Below, one piece after another: positions 46,512-56,999 of a stretch of DNA of 64,000 nt; within the stretch, counting starts at the first letter, position 1, and each line of letters opens with the position of its first letter. The position numbers and the translations under genes are program-made. The stretch lies in NCBI GenBank assembly GCA_965203175.1, contig OZ241867.1, positions 3,840,001 through 3,904,000 on the forward strand, given 5' to 3'. Below the pieces are notes generated by a model. It did no database searches and was not told where the DNA came from. It saw nothing but the letters and a program-made list of their open reading frames with translations. The stretch comes from Candidatus Latescibacterota bacterium. Its GTDB lineage: Bacteria > Latescibacterota > UBA2968 > UBA8231.

Positions 46512-46811
46512 AGGTGGGCATTGATCTCGCTATTGTGGAAGGGCGAAAATCACAGGGCCATTGCAAAGCGGTGAACGGCGTCTGCAGAAGCTCTGCTCCG
46601 CAATTCGCCCCAGATTGCGAAAAGTCGGATGTTCTAAAACAAAATAGCGCTTATCCCTTATCCATGTAGGAGAAAAATATTACAAGAAATTAACGGGCAT
46701 ATCAATCAAAAATTATCGCTCTGTGTGCACGCGGATAACAAAGACCTTGCTTAGATTAACTAAAAAGTTGCGGTAGATCGGCACCGAGGCATCCTAGCCC
46801 TACAGTAAAAC

Positions 46812-46840
46812 TTGACAATCTCCCAAAATGGTGGTATCTG
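46812..46840 (+). promoter_or_regulatory. Candidate sigma70 promoter
   Basis: Perfect TTGACA at 46812, 17-bp spacer, weak -10 TATCTG preceded by TG; AT-rich divergent intergenic region. Confidence 0.35.
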
Positions 46841-46932
46841 AAATACAATAGATGAGCAGACGAGGGTTGTCGGTTTCTCGCACGTCTGTGTCATTGGCCT
46901 ATCTATTATCCCCGCACTTGTGGAGGGTAGAT

Positions 46933-48315
46933 ATGCGGCGAATCGGCTTTGTCCTAAGCGCATTGCTCAGCACTGCGAGTTGGTCTCTGATCGGCTGCGA
47001 TTCCGGCCGTTCGGTGGAGCCCCAAGAAACATCAACTTGGGATACGATCCAGCACGATATCTTTGCCTCCAACTGCGTTAGCTGCCACAGTGTCGGCACC
47101 TCCTTTGCCCGGCAGTCGGGCTTGGTTTTGACTCCAGATTTGGCTTACAGCCAACTGATCAATAGTGTACCGCGCAATGCCTCGGCAGCCCAAGATGGCT
47201 TGGTCTTGCTGAGCAATGAGGGACTTGCGGGACTTTTTAAGAGTTACCTTTGGGAAAAGATCAACGCGCCCGACCAAGAGCACTTCTACGCCGACCACCC
47301 CAACTACGGCGCGCAGATGCCGCTGGGTCGTCCGCCGCTGACTAATGGCCAACTGGAATTCATACGCCAGTGGATCCGCGCCGGAGCCCCCGAAAAAGGG
47401 GAGGTAGCAGACTTGGCTCTGCTGCAGGACGAGGAGCGCTATGCGGTACCGGAGTTTGAGCCGCTAAATCCACCGTTCAATGGCATCCAGCTCCACCTAG
47501 GCCCCTTTGAGGTCGCACCCCAGTACGAGCGCGAAGTCTATTTTTATCAGCCCCTCGACCACGCCGAGGATCTCTTCGTCAACCGCTTTGAATTGTCCAT
47601 GCGGTCGGGGAGTCACCACTTCATTCTCAACCAGTTTCCCGACTATACCCCAGCCGATGTTATTCCCGAGCCGGAGATCTACCGCGACCTGCGCGACGCC
47701 ACAGGTAATTACCAAGACGCCGAAGGGTACGATCTGTTCGACTGGCGGGTCATGCAGTATCAGGTTCCCATTGTAATCGCCCAATCTACGCGTCTTGACC
47801 TCAGCTTGCCTCCCGGCGTGGCCATGCGTCTGCCCGCTGGAACGGGTCTCGATATGAACTCCCACTATGCCAATGCCACTGATCAGGCCGCGATTGGCGA
47901 AGTATTTGTCAACCTGCATCTTATTGAACCCTCGGAAGTGGAACGGGTAGCCGAGGTCTTCGCCCTGAGCAACTTCGATATTGATCTGCCCCCTGGCCAA
48001 ATCACTACCCTAGAGAAAGAGTTCATTTTTAAGGAGGACAGGCACATCGTCCAACTTGTTTCCCATGCCCATGACCGCATGGAGGAATTCACCGCCGAAC
48101 TCATCGGCGGACCCCGGGATGGAGAATTGGTCTACATCAGCTACGACTGGGAACACCCGGCCCCCCTCAGATTCGATCCGCCGCTGATGGTCGAAGAGGG
48201 CCAAGGCTTCAGGATTAGGGCCACCTACGACAATGACACCGAGCGGAATCTCAACTTCGGATTCACGCGCGCCGATGAAATGATGATTCTCTACGGCTAT
48301 TACTACGCCGACTGA
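46933..48315 (+). CDS. Lipoprotein: c-type cytochrome domain fused to a type II copper monooxygenase (PHM/DBH-like) domain
   Basis: Lipobox LIGC; CVSCH and QMPLG; GSHH, NSHY, SHAH, DEM copper-ligand pattern. Confidence 0.75.
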   Translation: MRRIGFVLSALLSTASWSLIGCDSGRSVEPQETSTWDTIQHDIFASNCVSCHSVGTSFARQSGLVLTPDLAYSQLINSVPRNASAAQDGLVLLSNEGLAGLFKSYLWEKINAPDQEHFYADHPNYGAQMPLGRPPLTNGQLEFIRQWIRAGAPEKGEVADLALLQDEERYAVPEFEPLNPPFNGIQLHLGPFEVAPQYEREVYFYQPLDHAEDLFVNRFELSMRSGSHHFILNQFPDYTPADVIPEPEIYRDLRDATGNYQDAEGYDLFDWRVMQYQVPIVIAQSTRLDLSLPPGVAMRLPAGTGLDMNSHYANATDQAAIGEVFVNLHLIEPSEVERVAEVFALSNFDIDLPPGQITTLEKEFIFKEDRHIVQLVSHAHDRMEEFTAELIGGPRDGELVYISYDWEHPAPLRFDPPLMVEEGQGFRIRATYDNDTERNLNFGFTRADEMMILYGYYYAD

Positions 48316-48444
48316 GTAGGCGGCCGATCTGGCCCCTGATGTCACTGGGCCTAGGATGAGGCGGGCTTTGACCGCTTGCCTCCCGCCTGTGGGCACCCCG
48401 GTGATCAGCGAAGTCTATCGCCGAAGGCTGGAACGGACTGGTAC

Positions 48445-50394
48445 ATGGCAAGTGAGGTGAAAAACTCGGGCGGCGGCATCACCTTCAAAGCTCTGTTAAT
48501 CGGCGGCGGAGCCTCGATTTTCATCGGCGCTGCCGTACCCTACTCCAATATGGTCATCAAGGGTACGGTACTAGCACACAACTTCAGCACCCCAGTTGCT
48601 CTCTTTATCTTCTTCGTTCTCGTCCTTTGCCTCAATCCGCTGTTGCGCCTGTTCCATCGGGGCCTGTCCCTGTCCAGAGGGGAATTGGCTGTGGTCTACA
48701 TCATGGCGATGGTGGCCACTTCCATTCCCACGATTGGCTTCACCGAGTACGTCCTGCCCATCACTACGGGGCTCTACTACTTTGCCACCCCCGAGAACAA
48801 TTGGGCATCCTTGATCCACCCCCATGTGCCCGAGTGGATGGTCCCCCAAGATCCAGACGCTATTCGCTATTTCTACGAAGGGCTACCCGAGGGTCGGCCA
48901 CTGCCTTGGGGGGCTTGGCTCGAGCCCTTGGCTTATTGGTGCCTGTTCATCCTCACCCTCTACTGGGTATCCATCTGCGCCATGGTTATCGTGCGCCGAC
49001 AGTGGATGGAAAGCGAAAAACTGCTTTATCCCTTGGCTCAGGTTCCCCTAGAGATGATTCAGGACGATGGGCGACGAACGCTTCTGGCCCCCTTTTTTTT
49101 TAATACGGCTATGTGGCTGGGTTTTGCCATCCCCTTCCTCATCGGCCTTATAAATGCCCTGAATAGCTACTACGAATTCGTGCCTCGCATTACCACCTCG
49201 ACCGGCTTCCACCTCTTTCGCGGCACTACGTACCTTCGCCTAGATATGAACCTAGCGCTAATCGGCTTTGCCTACCTGTTGAACCGGGATGTTGCTCTAG
49301 GATTCTGGTTTTTCTTTTTGCTATCCTCGCTGCAGCGGGGTGTCTTCAATGTGCTGGGCATCTACAGCGCGGAAAATTTGAGCCGTTTCGCCAACTTAGT
49401 TGGGCCGTACATGGCCCACCAAGCCATGGGGGCCATGATCGTGTTAGTGCTCTCTGGGCTGTGGATGGGACGGGGGCATTTGCGCGATGTCTTCATCAAG
49501 GCGTTGCGAGGGGATGCCCGCATTGACGATTCTGGAGAGGTGCTGTCCTATCGCAACGCCGTGTTGGGCTTGGTGGTCGGCCTAGCGGTGATGATCGGCT
49601 GGTTGTGGAAATCGGGCATCCCACTGTGGATTGTCTTGGTGTTTCTCTTCGGGGCTGCCGTTGTCCTCATAGCGCTTACCCGGGCCGTGGTCGAAGGAGG
49701 AGTTTCCGTACTGCGCACGCCCATCACTCCCGCTGATTTCACCATCTCCGGACTAGGTACGACCGCCTTGGGGGCCTCCGGCCTGATCGGTGTGGCCTTC
49801 ACCTACGTATGGAGTGCCAATGTGCGCATTTTCTTTATGGCTTGCTTTGCCAATGCCCTCAAACTGGCCGAAGAAATAAAAGGCAGCAAAAGGGGGCTGC
49901 TCTGGGCTGTATTGCTAGCCATTGTGCTCACCTTGTCTAGTTCCATCTATCTGGTTATGGAAATGGCGTACGCCCACGGCGGCATCAACCTGCACAATTT
50001 CTTCTTCATCTTCGTTCCGCAGATGGCTTTCACCTATGTGGCCCCTAAGTTCGACAGCCCCGTACCCGCCAGCCTATCGGGCTGGGCCTTCACTGGCCTG
50101 GGAGCCTTCTTGATGAGCCTATTCACCTATATTCGCTACCGCTTTGTGTGGTGGCCGATCCATCCCTTGGGCTTCGCCACCGGCACGTTCTACATTATGA
50201 ACTGGGTGTGGTTTAGTATCTTTTTGGCTTGGCTGTTCAAAACGATTGTGCTCAAGTACGGGGGAGCAGCCGCCTACAGCCGGACTCGGCCCTTTTTTCT
50301 AGGGTTAATCCTAGGCCAAGTAGTGGTGGCGGGCATGTGGCTGGTAATCGACTACTTCACCGGTATGACGGGGAATGTCTTGGGCTACTTGTGA
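48445..50394 (+). CDS. DUF6785/DUF6784-like polytopic membrane protein, copy 5
   Basis: Close paralogue of 15431-17455 (AHNFSTP, RDVALGFWFFF, FTYVWSAN, GNVLGY). Confidence 0.8.
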   Translation: MASEVKNSGGGITFKALLIGGGASIFIGAAVPYSNMVIKGTVLAHNFSTPVALFIFFVLVLCLNPLLRLFHRGLSLSRGELAVVYIMAMVATSIPTIGFTEYVLPITTGLYYFATPENNWASLIHPHVPEWMVPQDPDAIRYFYEGLPEGRPLPWGAWLEPLAYWCLFILTLYWVSICAMVIVRRQWMESEKLLYPLAQVPLEMIQDDGRRTLLAPFFFNTAMWLGFAIPFLIGLINALNSYYEFVPRITTSTGFHLFRGTTYLRLDMNLALIGFAYLLNRDVALGFWFFFLLSSLQRGVFNVLGIYSAENLSRFANLVGPYMAHQAMGAMIVLVLSGLWMGRGHLRDVFIKALRGDARIDDSGEVLSYRNAVLGLVVGLAVMIGWLWKSGIPLWIVLVFLFGAAVVLIALTRAVVEGGVSVLRTPITPADFTISGLGTTALGASGLIGVAFTYVWSANVRIFFMACFANALKLAEEIKGSKRGLLWAVLLAIVLTLSSSIYLVMEMAYAHGGINLHNFFFIFVPQMAFTYVAPKFDSPVPASLSGWAFTGLGAFLMSLFTYIRYRFVWWPIHPLGFATGTFYIMNWVWFSIFLAWLFKTIVLKYGGAAAYSRTRPFFLGLILGQVVVAGMWLVIDYFTGMTGNVLGYL

Positions 50395-50425
50395 GTTCAA
50401 GACGGACCGCTAAATCCCAAAAGAC

Positions 50426-52459
50426 ATGCGAGAAGATACCCGAGCAGGACAGCCTGTCCTTCCAGATGGCGATGGGATGGATGAGCCGGGCGTGACTTTT
50501 CGGGCCCTGCTAATCGGCTCGCTCATGGCCCTCTTCATCGGCATAGTCCTGCCCTACACCAATATGATCATCAAGGGTTCGCTCCTAGCCCACAATCTCA
50601 ATACACCGGCTGCCCTTTTCGTCTTTTTTATTTTTGTTGGCATTGTCAATGTGGTTCTGGGCTTCATTAGGCGGCGGCATGCTCTTGCGCCTCCCGAGTT
50701 GGCTGTGGTCTATATCATGGCGATGCTGGCCACGGCGATACCCACTATCGGTTTTTCCGAGTACTTGCTGCCCATTGTCGCCGGAATCTACTACTATGCT
50801 TCGCCTGAAAATAAGTGGGAAGAGATCATCCACCCCTATGTGCCCAAGTGGATAGCCCCCCAAGACCCCGAGGCCATCAGGTATTTCTACGAAGGTTTGC
50901 CCGAGGGCCTTTCCGTGCCTTGGAACGTTTGGATCGAGCCCATTCTGTACTGGTGTCTGTTCATCATCGCCAGCTACTGGGTATCTATATGCCTGATGGT
51001 CATTGTGCGGCGGCAGTGGATTGAAAACGAAAAACTGCTCTATCCGCTGGTCCAGGTCCCGCTCGAGATGATGCGGGATGAAGAGCGCGGGGGCAGCAAT
51101 AGCGAGAAGCGTTCTTGGGTCAAGCCTTTCTTCAAAAATCCGGTCATGTGGATAGGCTTTTCCATCCCCTTTCTGTTGGGTTCTTACAGCGCTCTGTACA
51201 ACTATTTTCCCTTCATCCCGGGCATGAGTCAGTTCAGCGACCAGGGTATCCTGACGGGCCAGTTTACCTTCTTTAGGAATACGACCGTGCTCATCGTCAT
51301 GTTCAATCTGGGCTTGGTCGGATTTGCCTATCTGCTCAGTCGAGATGTGGCCTTGGGGCTTTGGTTGTTTTTTCTGGTATCCAACATTGAGCGGGGCGTC
51401 TTCAACATTCTGGGCATCCAGAGTGCCGAAAAGCTGAGCCGCTTTGCCAATTCCAGTGGTCCCTACTTAGCGCACCAAGCTATGGGTGCCATGATCGTGC
51501 TGGTACTGTCCGGCCTGTGGATGGGTAGAAGCCACCTCAAGGGTGTGTTCAGCAAGGCTTTCAAAGGAGATGAGGCAGTAGACGATAGGGACGAAATTCT
51601 GTCTTACCGAACCGCGGTTTGGGGTCTGCTCGTCGGCCTACTGATCATCAGCGCTTGGCTGTGGAAGTCGGGCCTTCCCCCGTGGGTCGTCCCGGTTTTT
51701 CTCTTTGCTGTCTTCGTCGTCTTCATGGCCTTGACCCGGGCCGTGGTGGAGGGGGGGGTGGCAGTCATCCGCACGCCGCTGACACCGGCGGATTTCGTCG
51801 TGTCGGGCTTGGGTACTAGCGTGCTGGGTGCCTCGGGCATCGTGGCTTTGGGTTTTACCTATGTGTGGGCGGCCAATATCCGCATCTTCTTTATGCCCTG
51901 TTTTGCCAACGCCTTGAAAATCGCCGAACTACTCAAAGGGGATAGGAGGACGCTGATCTGGGGGGTGGCCTTGGCTGTGGTGATCGCCTTGGCCAGTTCT
52001 ATATGGAGCGTCATGACTCTGTCCTACACCTATGGGGGCGTCAATCTCCACGGTTTCTGGTTCATTGGTGTACCCCGCAATGCGGCCAACTACATGGCCG
52101 TCATCCTGTCCAATCCCACCTCCGCTCATATAGGAGGCTGGTTGTTTACCGGCTTAGGGGCGTTGGCGATGGGTCTGCTGGCCTATATCAGGGCGCGTTT
52201 TGTGTGGTGGCCCGTGCATCCGCTGGGTTTTGCCACCAGTACTTTCTTCATTATGAACTATGTCTGGTTCAGTGTATTCGTAGCGTGGGCCATCAAGTCG
52301 GTGGTGCTCAAATACGGAGGACCGGCGCTGTACAACAGCACCAGACCGTTTTTCCTAGGTCTGATTATGGGACAGATCTTTGTCTCGGGGATGTGGCTGA
52401 TCATCGACTATTTCACCGGCATGGTCGGCAATCAGCCCATCGGCGGCTCGTTCGTCTGA
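50426..52459 (+). CDS. DUF6785/DUF6784-like polytopic membrane protein, copy 6
   Basis: Tandem paralogue with the same motifs. Confidence 0.8.
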   Translation: MREDTRAGQPVLPDGDGMDEPGVTFRALLIGSLMALFIGIVLPYTNMIIKGSLLAHNLNTPAALFVFFIFVGIVNVVLGFIRRRHALAPPELAVVYIMAMLATAIPTIGFSEYLLPIVAGIYYYASPENKWEEIIHPYVPKWIAPQDPEAIRYFYEGLPEGLSVPWNVWIEPILYWCLFIIASYWVSICLMVIVRRQWIENEKLLYPLVQVPLEMMRDEERGGSNSEKRSWVKPFFKNPVMWIGFSIPFLLGSYSALYNYFPFIPGMSQFSDQGILTGQFTFFRNTTVLIVMFNLGLVGFAYLLSRDVALGLWLFFLVSNIERGVFNILGIQSAEKLSRFANSSGPYLAHQAMGAMIVLVLSGLWMGRSHLKGVFSKAFKGDEAVDDRDEILSYRTAVWGLLVGLLIISAWLWKSGLPPWVVPVFLFAVFVVFMALTRAVVEGGVAVIRTPLTPADFVVSGLGTSVLGASGIVALGFTYVWAANIRIFFMPCFANALKIAELLKGDRRTLIWGVALAVVIALASSIWSVMTLSYTYGGVNLHGFWFIGVPRNAANYMAVILSNPTSAHIGGWLFTGLGALAMGLLAYIRARFVWWPVHPLGFATSTFFIMNYVWFSVFVAWAIKSVVLKYGGPALYNSTRPFFLGLIMGQIFVSGMWLIIDYFTGMVGNQPIGGSFV

Positions 52460-52485
52460 AAATCGAATAACGTTGGGAAGCCTTT

Positions 52486-53316
52486 ATGAATGAACACGAG
52501 AAATACTTTTTCGATGTGAATGGCTATCTAGTCGTGCAGAAAATACTGAGTCCAGAATTGGTTGTCGCCTTGAACGAAGCGATCAATCACAACCAAGATA
52601 GGGTGCGACTGCGCGAGGGCGAGCAGTCGCTGTCAGCAAATTCTCCAATGCTGAGAGGGGACCACGGCCGCGGGGACATCATGGGAATTCTCAATTGGCC
52701 AAAACCTTGGTGCCAGCCGTTTCGCGATCTGCTTTCGCATCCTCCGGCGCTGCGCTACATGTTCGACCTGATCGGCGACGAGTTCCGCTTTGGCAATGCC
52801 AATGGCATCAGCATGACCGAGGGCGCAGAAGGCTGCGTGCTACACGGGGGCGGCACCCTCGTACACAAGCACACCTATCGCTACGTCAACGGTCGTATGT
52901 GGAACAATCTCGTCGGCGTTTGCTATCAACTCGCCGATGTCAATCCCGGCGACGGCGGTTTTGTCTGCATCCCCGGTAGCCACAAGGCGAACTTCGATAC
53001 TCCAGAGGATGTCCTGACCATGGAGTGCGATCTCGGCTGCTATCACCAAGTTGCCATGAAAGCCGGAGACGCCCTCATCTTTACCGAGGGGCTCTCCCAT
53101 GGTACTTTGCCTTGGAAAGGCAAGCACGAGCGCCGTACTCTCCTCTATCGCTACGCTGCTGGATCCTTCGTCAACGCCAAGGGAATGAACCGCCTCGAAG
53201 AGTACTGTCCGTTCTACGACGAACTCACACCGCTGCAGCAGGCGATCATGGAGCCCCCTTACAATCCGGGTCGGCCCAACATCGCCGCCTTGCTCGCCGA
53301 ACAGGAGGCAGTCTGA
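52486..53316 (+). CDS. Phytanoyl-CoA dioxygenase (PhyH) family Fe/2OG protein with HGG motif
   Basis: YFFDVNGYLVV, LHGG, DGGFVCIPGSHK, KAGDALIF, HGTLPW, RRTLLYRY. Confidence 0.85.
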   Translation: MNEHEKYFFDVNGYLVVQKILSPELVVALNEAINHNQDRVRLREGEQSLSANSPMLRGDHGRGDIMGILNWPKPWCQPFRDLLSHPPALRYMFDLIGDEFRFGNANGISMTEGAEGCVLHGGGTLVHKHTYRYVNGRMWNNLVGVCYQLADVNPGDGGFVCIPGSHKANFDTPEDVLTMECDLGCYHQVAMKAGDALIFTEGLSHGTLPWKGKHERRTLLYRYAAGSFVNAKGMNRLEEYCPFYDELTPLQQAIMEPPYNPGRPNIAALLAEQEAV

Positions 53317-53330
53317 TTCAGAGCTTATCC

Positions 53331-54755
53331 ATGCCGAACAAACGCCCCAACATACTGTTCGTCCTCACCGATCAGCAGCGGCCGGAATGGGTCGAGATGA
53401 ACCCGGATATTCCGGTGCGCACCCCGCATCTGCGGCAACTCGCCGATCGCGGAATCTGGCTCGCCAACGCCATCTGTCCGTCGCCTGTTTGCGCTCCTTC
53501 GCGCTCCTGCTTGGTGGCTGGGCAGGAGTACGATCGCACCCGAGTGTGGGGCAACGACACCTATGCTCCTGACGATCTGCCTAAGTATCATCTGCGCCTG
53601 CGCGACGAAGCCGGATACCACGTCATGGCGGCTGGCAAACACCACGTGGGCAGCAATCAATCTGGCAGCCCCCCACAGTTTCACCGGGGAGTTGACGGCC
53701 GACATGGACTGGAAGAATGGGGGTTTTCCGACGCGATCTTCAACGCCGGCCTGAACCAGGCGACTATCCTGATGCGCCGCAACGACATGGTTCCACAGGA
53801 TTCGTACATGGCGTTCCTGCACGAGCGCGGCTTGGCACAGGAGCACATTGCCGACTACGCGCGTCGCAACCAAGAGGGGGTGTGGACGGCTACTTTTCCG
53901 ACGACGTTGCCCGACGACGCCTATTTCGACACTTGGATTACCACCAACGCCCTCACCTTGCTCGCTCGAGCACCCAACGACAAGCCGTGGTACTTAGAGG
54001 TGAATTTGCAAAACCCCCATCACCCTTGGGACATCACCGAATCGATGCACCGTTGGTATCGCGAACCGCCGGTCGATTTTCCTTCGCCTCTATTCAACAC
54101 TGAGGATATTCCCCCTGAGACACATCAGGAAGTGCGTCGCAACTGGGCCGCCACCGTCGAACACCTCGATCAGTGTCTCGGACGCTTGGTAGAGCTCGTT
54201 TGTGAGAGGGGCGATTTGGACAACACGGTCGTCGTCTTTACCAGCGACCACGGCGAGATGCTCGGGGATTACGATCAGTGGCAAAAGCTGTCCCCTCTAC
54301 AGGCATCGGTCGGGGTTCCGTTGGTAATAGCAGGTCCAGGAGTGGCTGCTGTCGGTTTCGACGACGCTCCGATGACGACCCTCGACCTGACTGCTAGCTT
54401 CCTCGAGTGGGCTGGATTGACACTTGGTGAAGATCTCGACAGTCGCTCCCTTGTCGGTTATCTCGGAGGAGGAGGGTACAGGCACCGCGATTTGGTGTTT
54501 TCTGGCCTGAGTGCTTGGCGCTTGGTCTTCGACGGCCGTTTCAAGTTGGTTCGCGGCTACGACCCGAGGAAGCGCATCGGGGGGGATGTCTTCGAGCCGA
54601 TGCACATTCCACCTGACGAGACGAAGCGCCTTCAGCGCGATCGGCCCCAAATACTGTACGATCTCGCGCGCAATGAAAGAGACGACGCGTCCTCTGCGTT
54701 TCCCGAGGTTTTGCACCGGCTTAGCGCCGCTCTCGATGAACACCTGGCTTTATAG
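53331..54755 (+). CDS. Formylglycine-dependent sulfatase
   Basis: RPNILFVLTDQ, CAPSR, GKHH, NPHHP, DNTVVVFTSDHGEMLG; ATG at 53331. Confidence 0.9.
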   Translation: MPNKRPNILFVLTDQQRPEWVEMNPDIPVRTPHLRQLADRGIWLANAICPSPVCAPSRSCLVAGQEYDRTRVWGNDTYAPDDLPKYHLRLRDEAGYHVMAAGKHHVGSNQSGSPPQFHRGVDGRHGLEEWGFSDAIFNAGLNQATILMRRNDMVPQDSYMAFLHERGLAQEHIADYARRNQEGVWTATFPTTLPDDAYFDTWITTNALTLLARAPNDKPWYLEVNLQNPHHPWDITESMHRWYREPPVDFPSPLFNTEDIPPETHQEVRRNWAATVEHLDQCLGRLVELVCERGDLDNTVVVFTSDHGEMLGDYDQWQKLSPLQASVGVPLVIAGPGVAAVGFDDAPMTTLDLTASFLEWAGLTLGEDLDSRSLVGYLGGGGYRHRDLVFSGLSAWRLVFDGRFKLVRGYDPRKRIGGDVFEPMHIPPDETKRLQRDRPQILYDLARNERDDASSAFPEVLHRLSAALDEHLAL

Positions 54756-54770
54756 TATGAAGTCCATCCC

Positions 54771-56984
54771 ATGTTGGTGAAAAGCGGTTTTCCTCATCGG
54801 CCTTACATCCATCACTTCCCGAGCGTTGAGCTTGAGGAACGCCGTCGGCTGCACGGCAGTGGTCGCATAACGCGGTCTGCCGCGATGCAGGCGGGAGATA
54901 ATATCGATATAACTCTGCGATTTGAACTCGGCGAGACCGCAATTCCTGCCGGCGGGCACTTGCGGATCGCTTGGCTGTGGCCGTTCGACTGGGCTATGCT
55001 GCAGACGAGCGATCCTGGCGCTCCGGGGTACGTCCACGCATTCTGCCCGAAGCGCGAAGTCAACTTGCGGGTAACCTTTGCCTTCCGAGGCGACCTGATC
55101 CCGTGGAATCACCATATTGATGTCGAAGTTCTCTCCGGTGTGCTGGCCCAGGGAGATGTAGTTGAACTGACCTGCCGGGAGTGGCGTTCTCCCACCTTTG
55201 TCGTACCCGACGCTGAGTTGCTCTTTCTGATTAATCCGGACGGCGGCGACCGTTGGGTCCAACTACCGCCTGTGCGAGGATTCCCCATTGTAGCTGGCGC
55301 TCCGGCGCAGCTGTTCGCCCTCGCTCCGGCGGATGGGCTCGTCGACGAAGATATCGTACTGACGCTGCGCGTTGAGGATGAGTGGGGGAATCCCTTACTC
55401 ATCGAGGACTCCGTTCCAGAGGTAGTCCCTGCTGACGGAGTCAAAGTGGCCTCCGTCGCAAGCGCTGGCGACATGCCTGCTTACCAAGCGCGGGTGCGCA
55501 TCACCAGCTTGGGGATTCATCGCATTGAGGTTGCTGTTCCTCGCTTCCAACTGCGGGCAGAGAGCAATCCGGTGCGTATCGCCGCTAAGCCCCCTCCATT
55601 GCACATCTTCTGGGGCGACCTGCATGCTGGCCAGGGCCGAGTCGGCTGCGGCGTCAGCTCGGTGCGCCACCATTTTGACTACGCCCGTCACGTAGCTGGT
55701 TTGCAGGTCTGCTCACACCAAGCAAATGACCACCATGTCAGCTTGGACCTGTGGGAGCAAACGCGCCGCGAATCGGTTGCCGCCAATGAAGAGGGGAGTT
55801 TCATAGCCTTTCTCGGGTGCGAATGGAGTGCCTACACACCGGAGGGCGGCGACCGCAACGTCATTTACCGACGCGATGAGCCGCGCTTGCGGCGTTCTGG
55901 TCGCTTCTTCACCGAAGATGTGCCTGATCCAGAGCCTGACCTCAAAACAGCGACCGAGTTTTTGGACGTCATGCGGGATGAAGAGGTATTCATCAACATG
56001 CACGCTGGCGGCAGGCCGACCAACCTCGATTTTCACGAGCCGGGAATCGAAACTCTCGCCGAGGTACACTCCACCCACGGTACTTCGGACTGGTTCGTGT
56101 TCGACGCCTTGCGTCGCGGTTATCGCGTTGGGATAACCGCCGGAACCGACGGCGTTGCCGGTCGGCCCGGATGCGACCATCCCGGTAGCCGGCTTATCCG
56201 CAACGCGCGCAGCGGTGTCACTGCTTTTCTTGCCCCCGAACTCACTCAGGATGGGCTATGGGAAGCAATAGCAGCGCGGCGGTGTTACGCCACTGACGGA
56301 CCTCGCATACTACTTGACGTTCGAGCCGACGGCCATCCCATGGGAAGCGAATACGCAACGACCGAATCTCCTATTGTGTCAATCGAGGCAGAGGGGACGA
56401 CAGCGATTGAGCAGGTCGACCTGCTGTGCGGTCCCGACTTGCTGTGGACATGGCAACCGACGATGGCATCTGCCGAAGGTGCCTTGCGCATCCTGTGGGG
56501 AGGAACCGAACGACATGGCAGTGCTCCCGATCAGCGCGTCTTATGGAAGGGCCGGTTTGTCGTTGAAAACGGACGCATCACCAATGTCGAGCCCGTCGCT
56601 TTGGTCACTCCCTGCGACCGTCTTGAACTGGCTGATGACCAAACGGTCTGTTTCGACACGGTCACTGCCGGCAACCGCATGGGAATGTGCATAGAAATCG
56701 AAGCAGACGCGCTGACATTATGCCGCTTTGAATCCGGTCCTGCGACCTTCGAATTTGGCTTGACCCAAGTGCGGGAGCAATCGATGCGAGTGGATGCGGG
56801 CGGTACCAGTCGGCACGTCATCGTCGGACAGGCCCCGAACCCGAACCTGCCACGGCGAGTGGAACTCTCGTTCCGAGACACGCGGATGGTAAAGGGTCTA
56901 TGTCCCTACTGGGTGCAACTGACGCAGTGTGATCAGCACCGCGCTTGGAGCAGCCCAATTTACGTCCAGCGCCAGCTCGGCTGA
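54771..56984 (+). CDS. DUF3604-like protein (PHP-type metal-dependent hydrolase-like)
   Basis: AESNP, FWGDLH, GCEWS...GGDRNV, EVHSTHG, RRCYATDG, AWSSPI. Confidence 0.7.
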   Translation: MLVKSGFPHRPYIHHFPSVELEERRRLHGSGRITRSAAMQAGDNIDITLRFELGETAIPAGGHLRIAWLWPFDWAMLQTSDPGAPGYVHAFCPKREVNLRVTFAFRGDLIPWNHHIDVEVLSGVLAQGDVVELTCREWRSPTFVVPDAELLFLINPDGGDRWVQLPPVRGFPIVAGAPAQLFALAPADGLVDEDIVLTLRVEDEWGNPLLIEDSVPEVVPADGVKVASVASAGDMPAYQARVRITSLGIHRIEVAVPRFQLRAESNPVRIAAKPPPLHIFWGDLHAGQGRVGCGVSSVRHHFDYARHVAGLQVCSHQANDHHVSLDLWEQTRRESVAANEEGSFIAFLGCEWSAYTPEGGDRNVIYRRDEPRLRRSGRFFTEDVPDPEPDLKTATEFLDVMRDEEVFINMHAGGRPTNLDFHEPGIETLAEVHSTHGTSDWFVFDALRRGYRVGITAGTDGVAGRPGCDHPGSRLIRNARSGVTAFLAPELTQDGLWEAIAARRCYATDGPRILLDVRADGHPMGSEYATTESPIVSIEAEGTTAIEQVDLLCGPDLLWTWQPTMASAEGALRILWGGTERHGSAPDQRVLWKGRFVVENGRITNVEPVALVTPCDRLELADDQTVCFDTVTAGNRMGMCIEIEADALTLCRFESGPATFEFGLTQVREQSMRVDAGGTSRHVIVGQAPNPNLPRRVELSFRDTRMVKGLCPYWVQLTQCDQHRAWSSPIYVQRQLG

Positions 56985-56999
56985 CATCGGGACATCTAG

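Noticed and set aside
53025-53330. N-terminal extension of the sulfatase ORF in the track
   Set aside because: Overlaps the PhyH gene; sulfatase homology begins at ATG 53331
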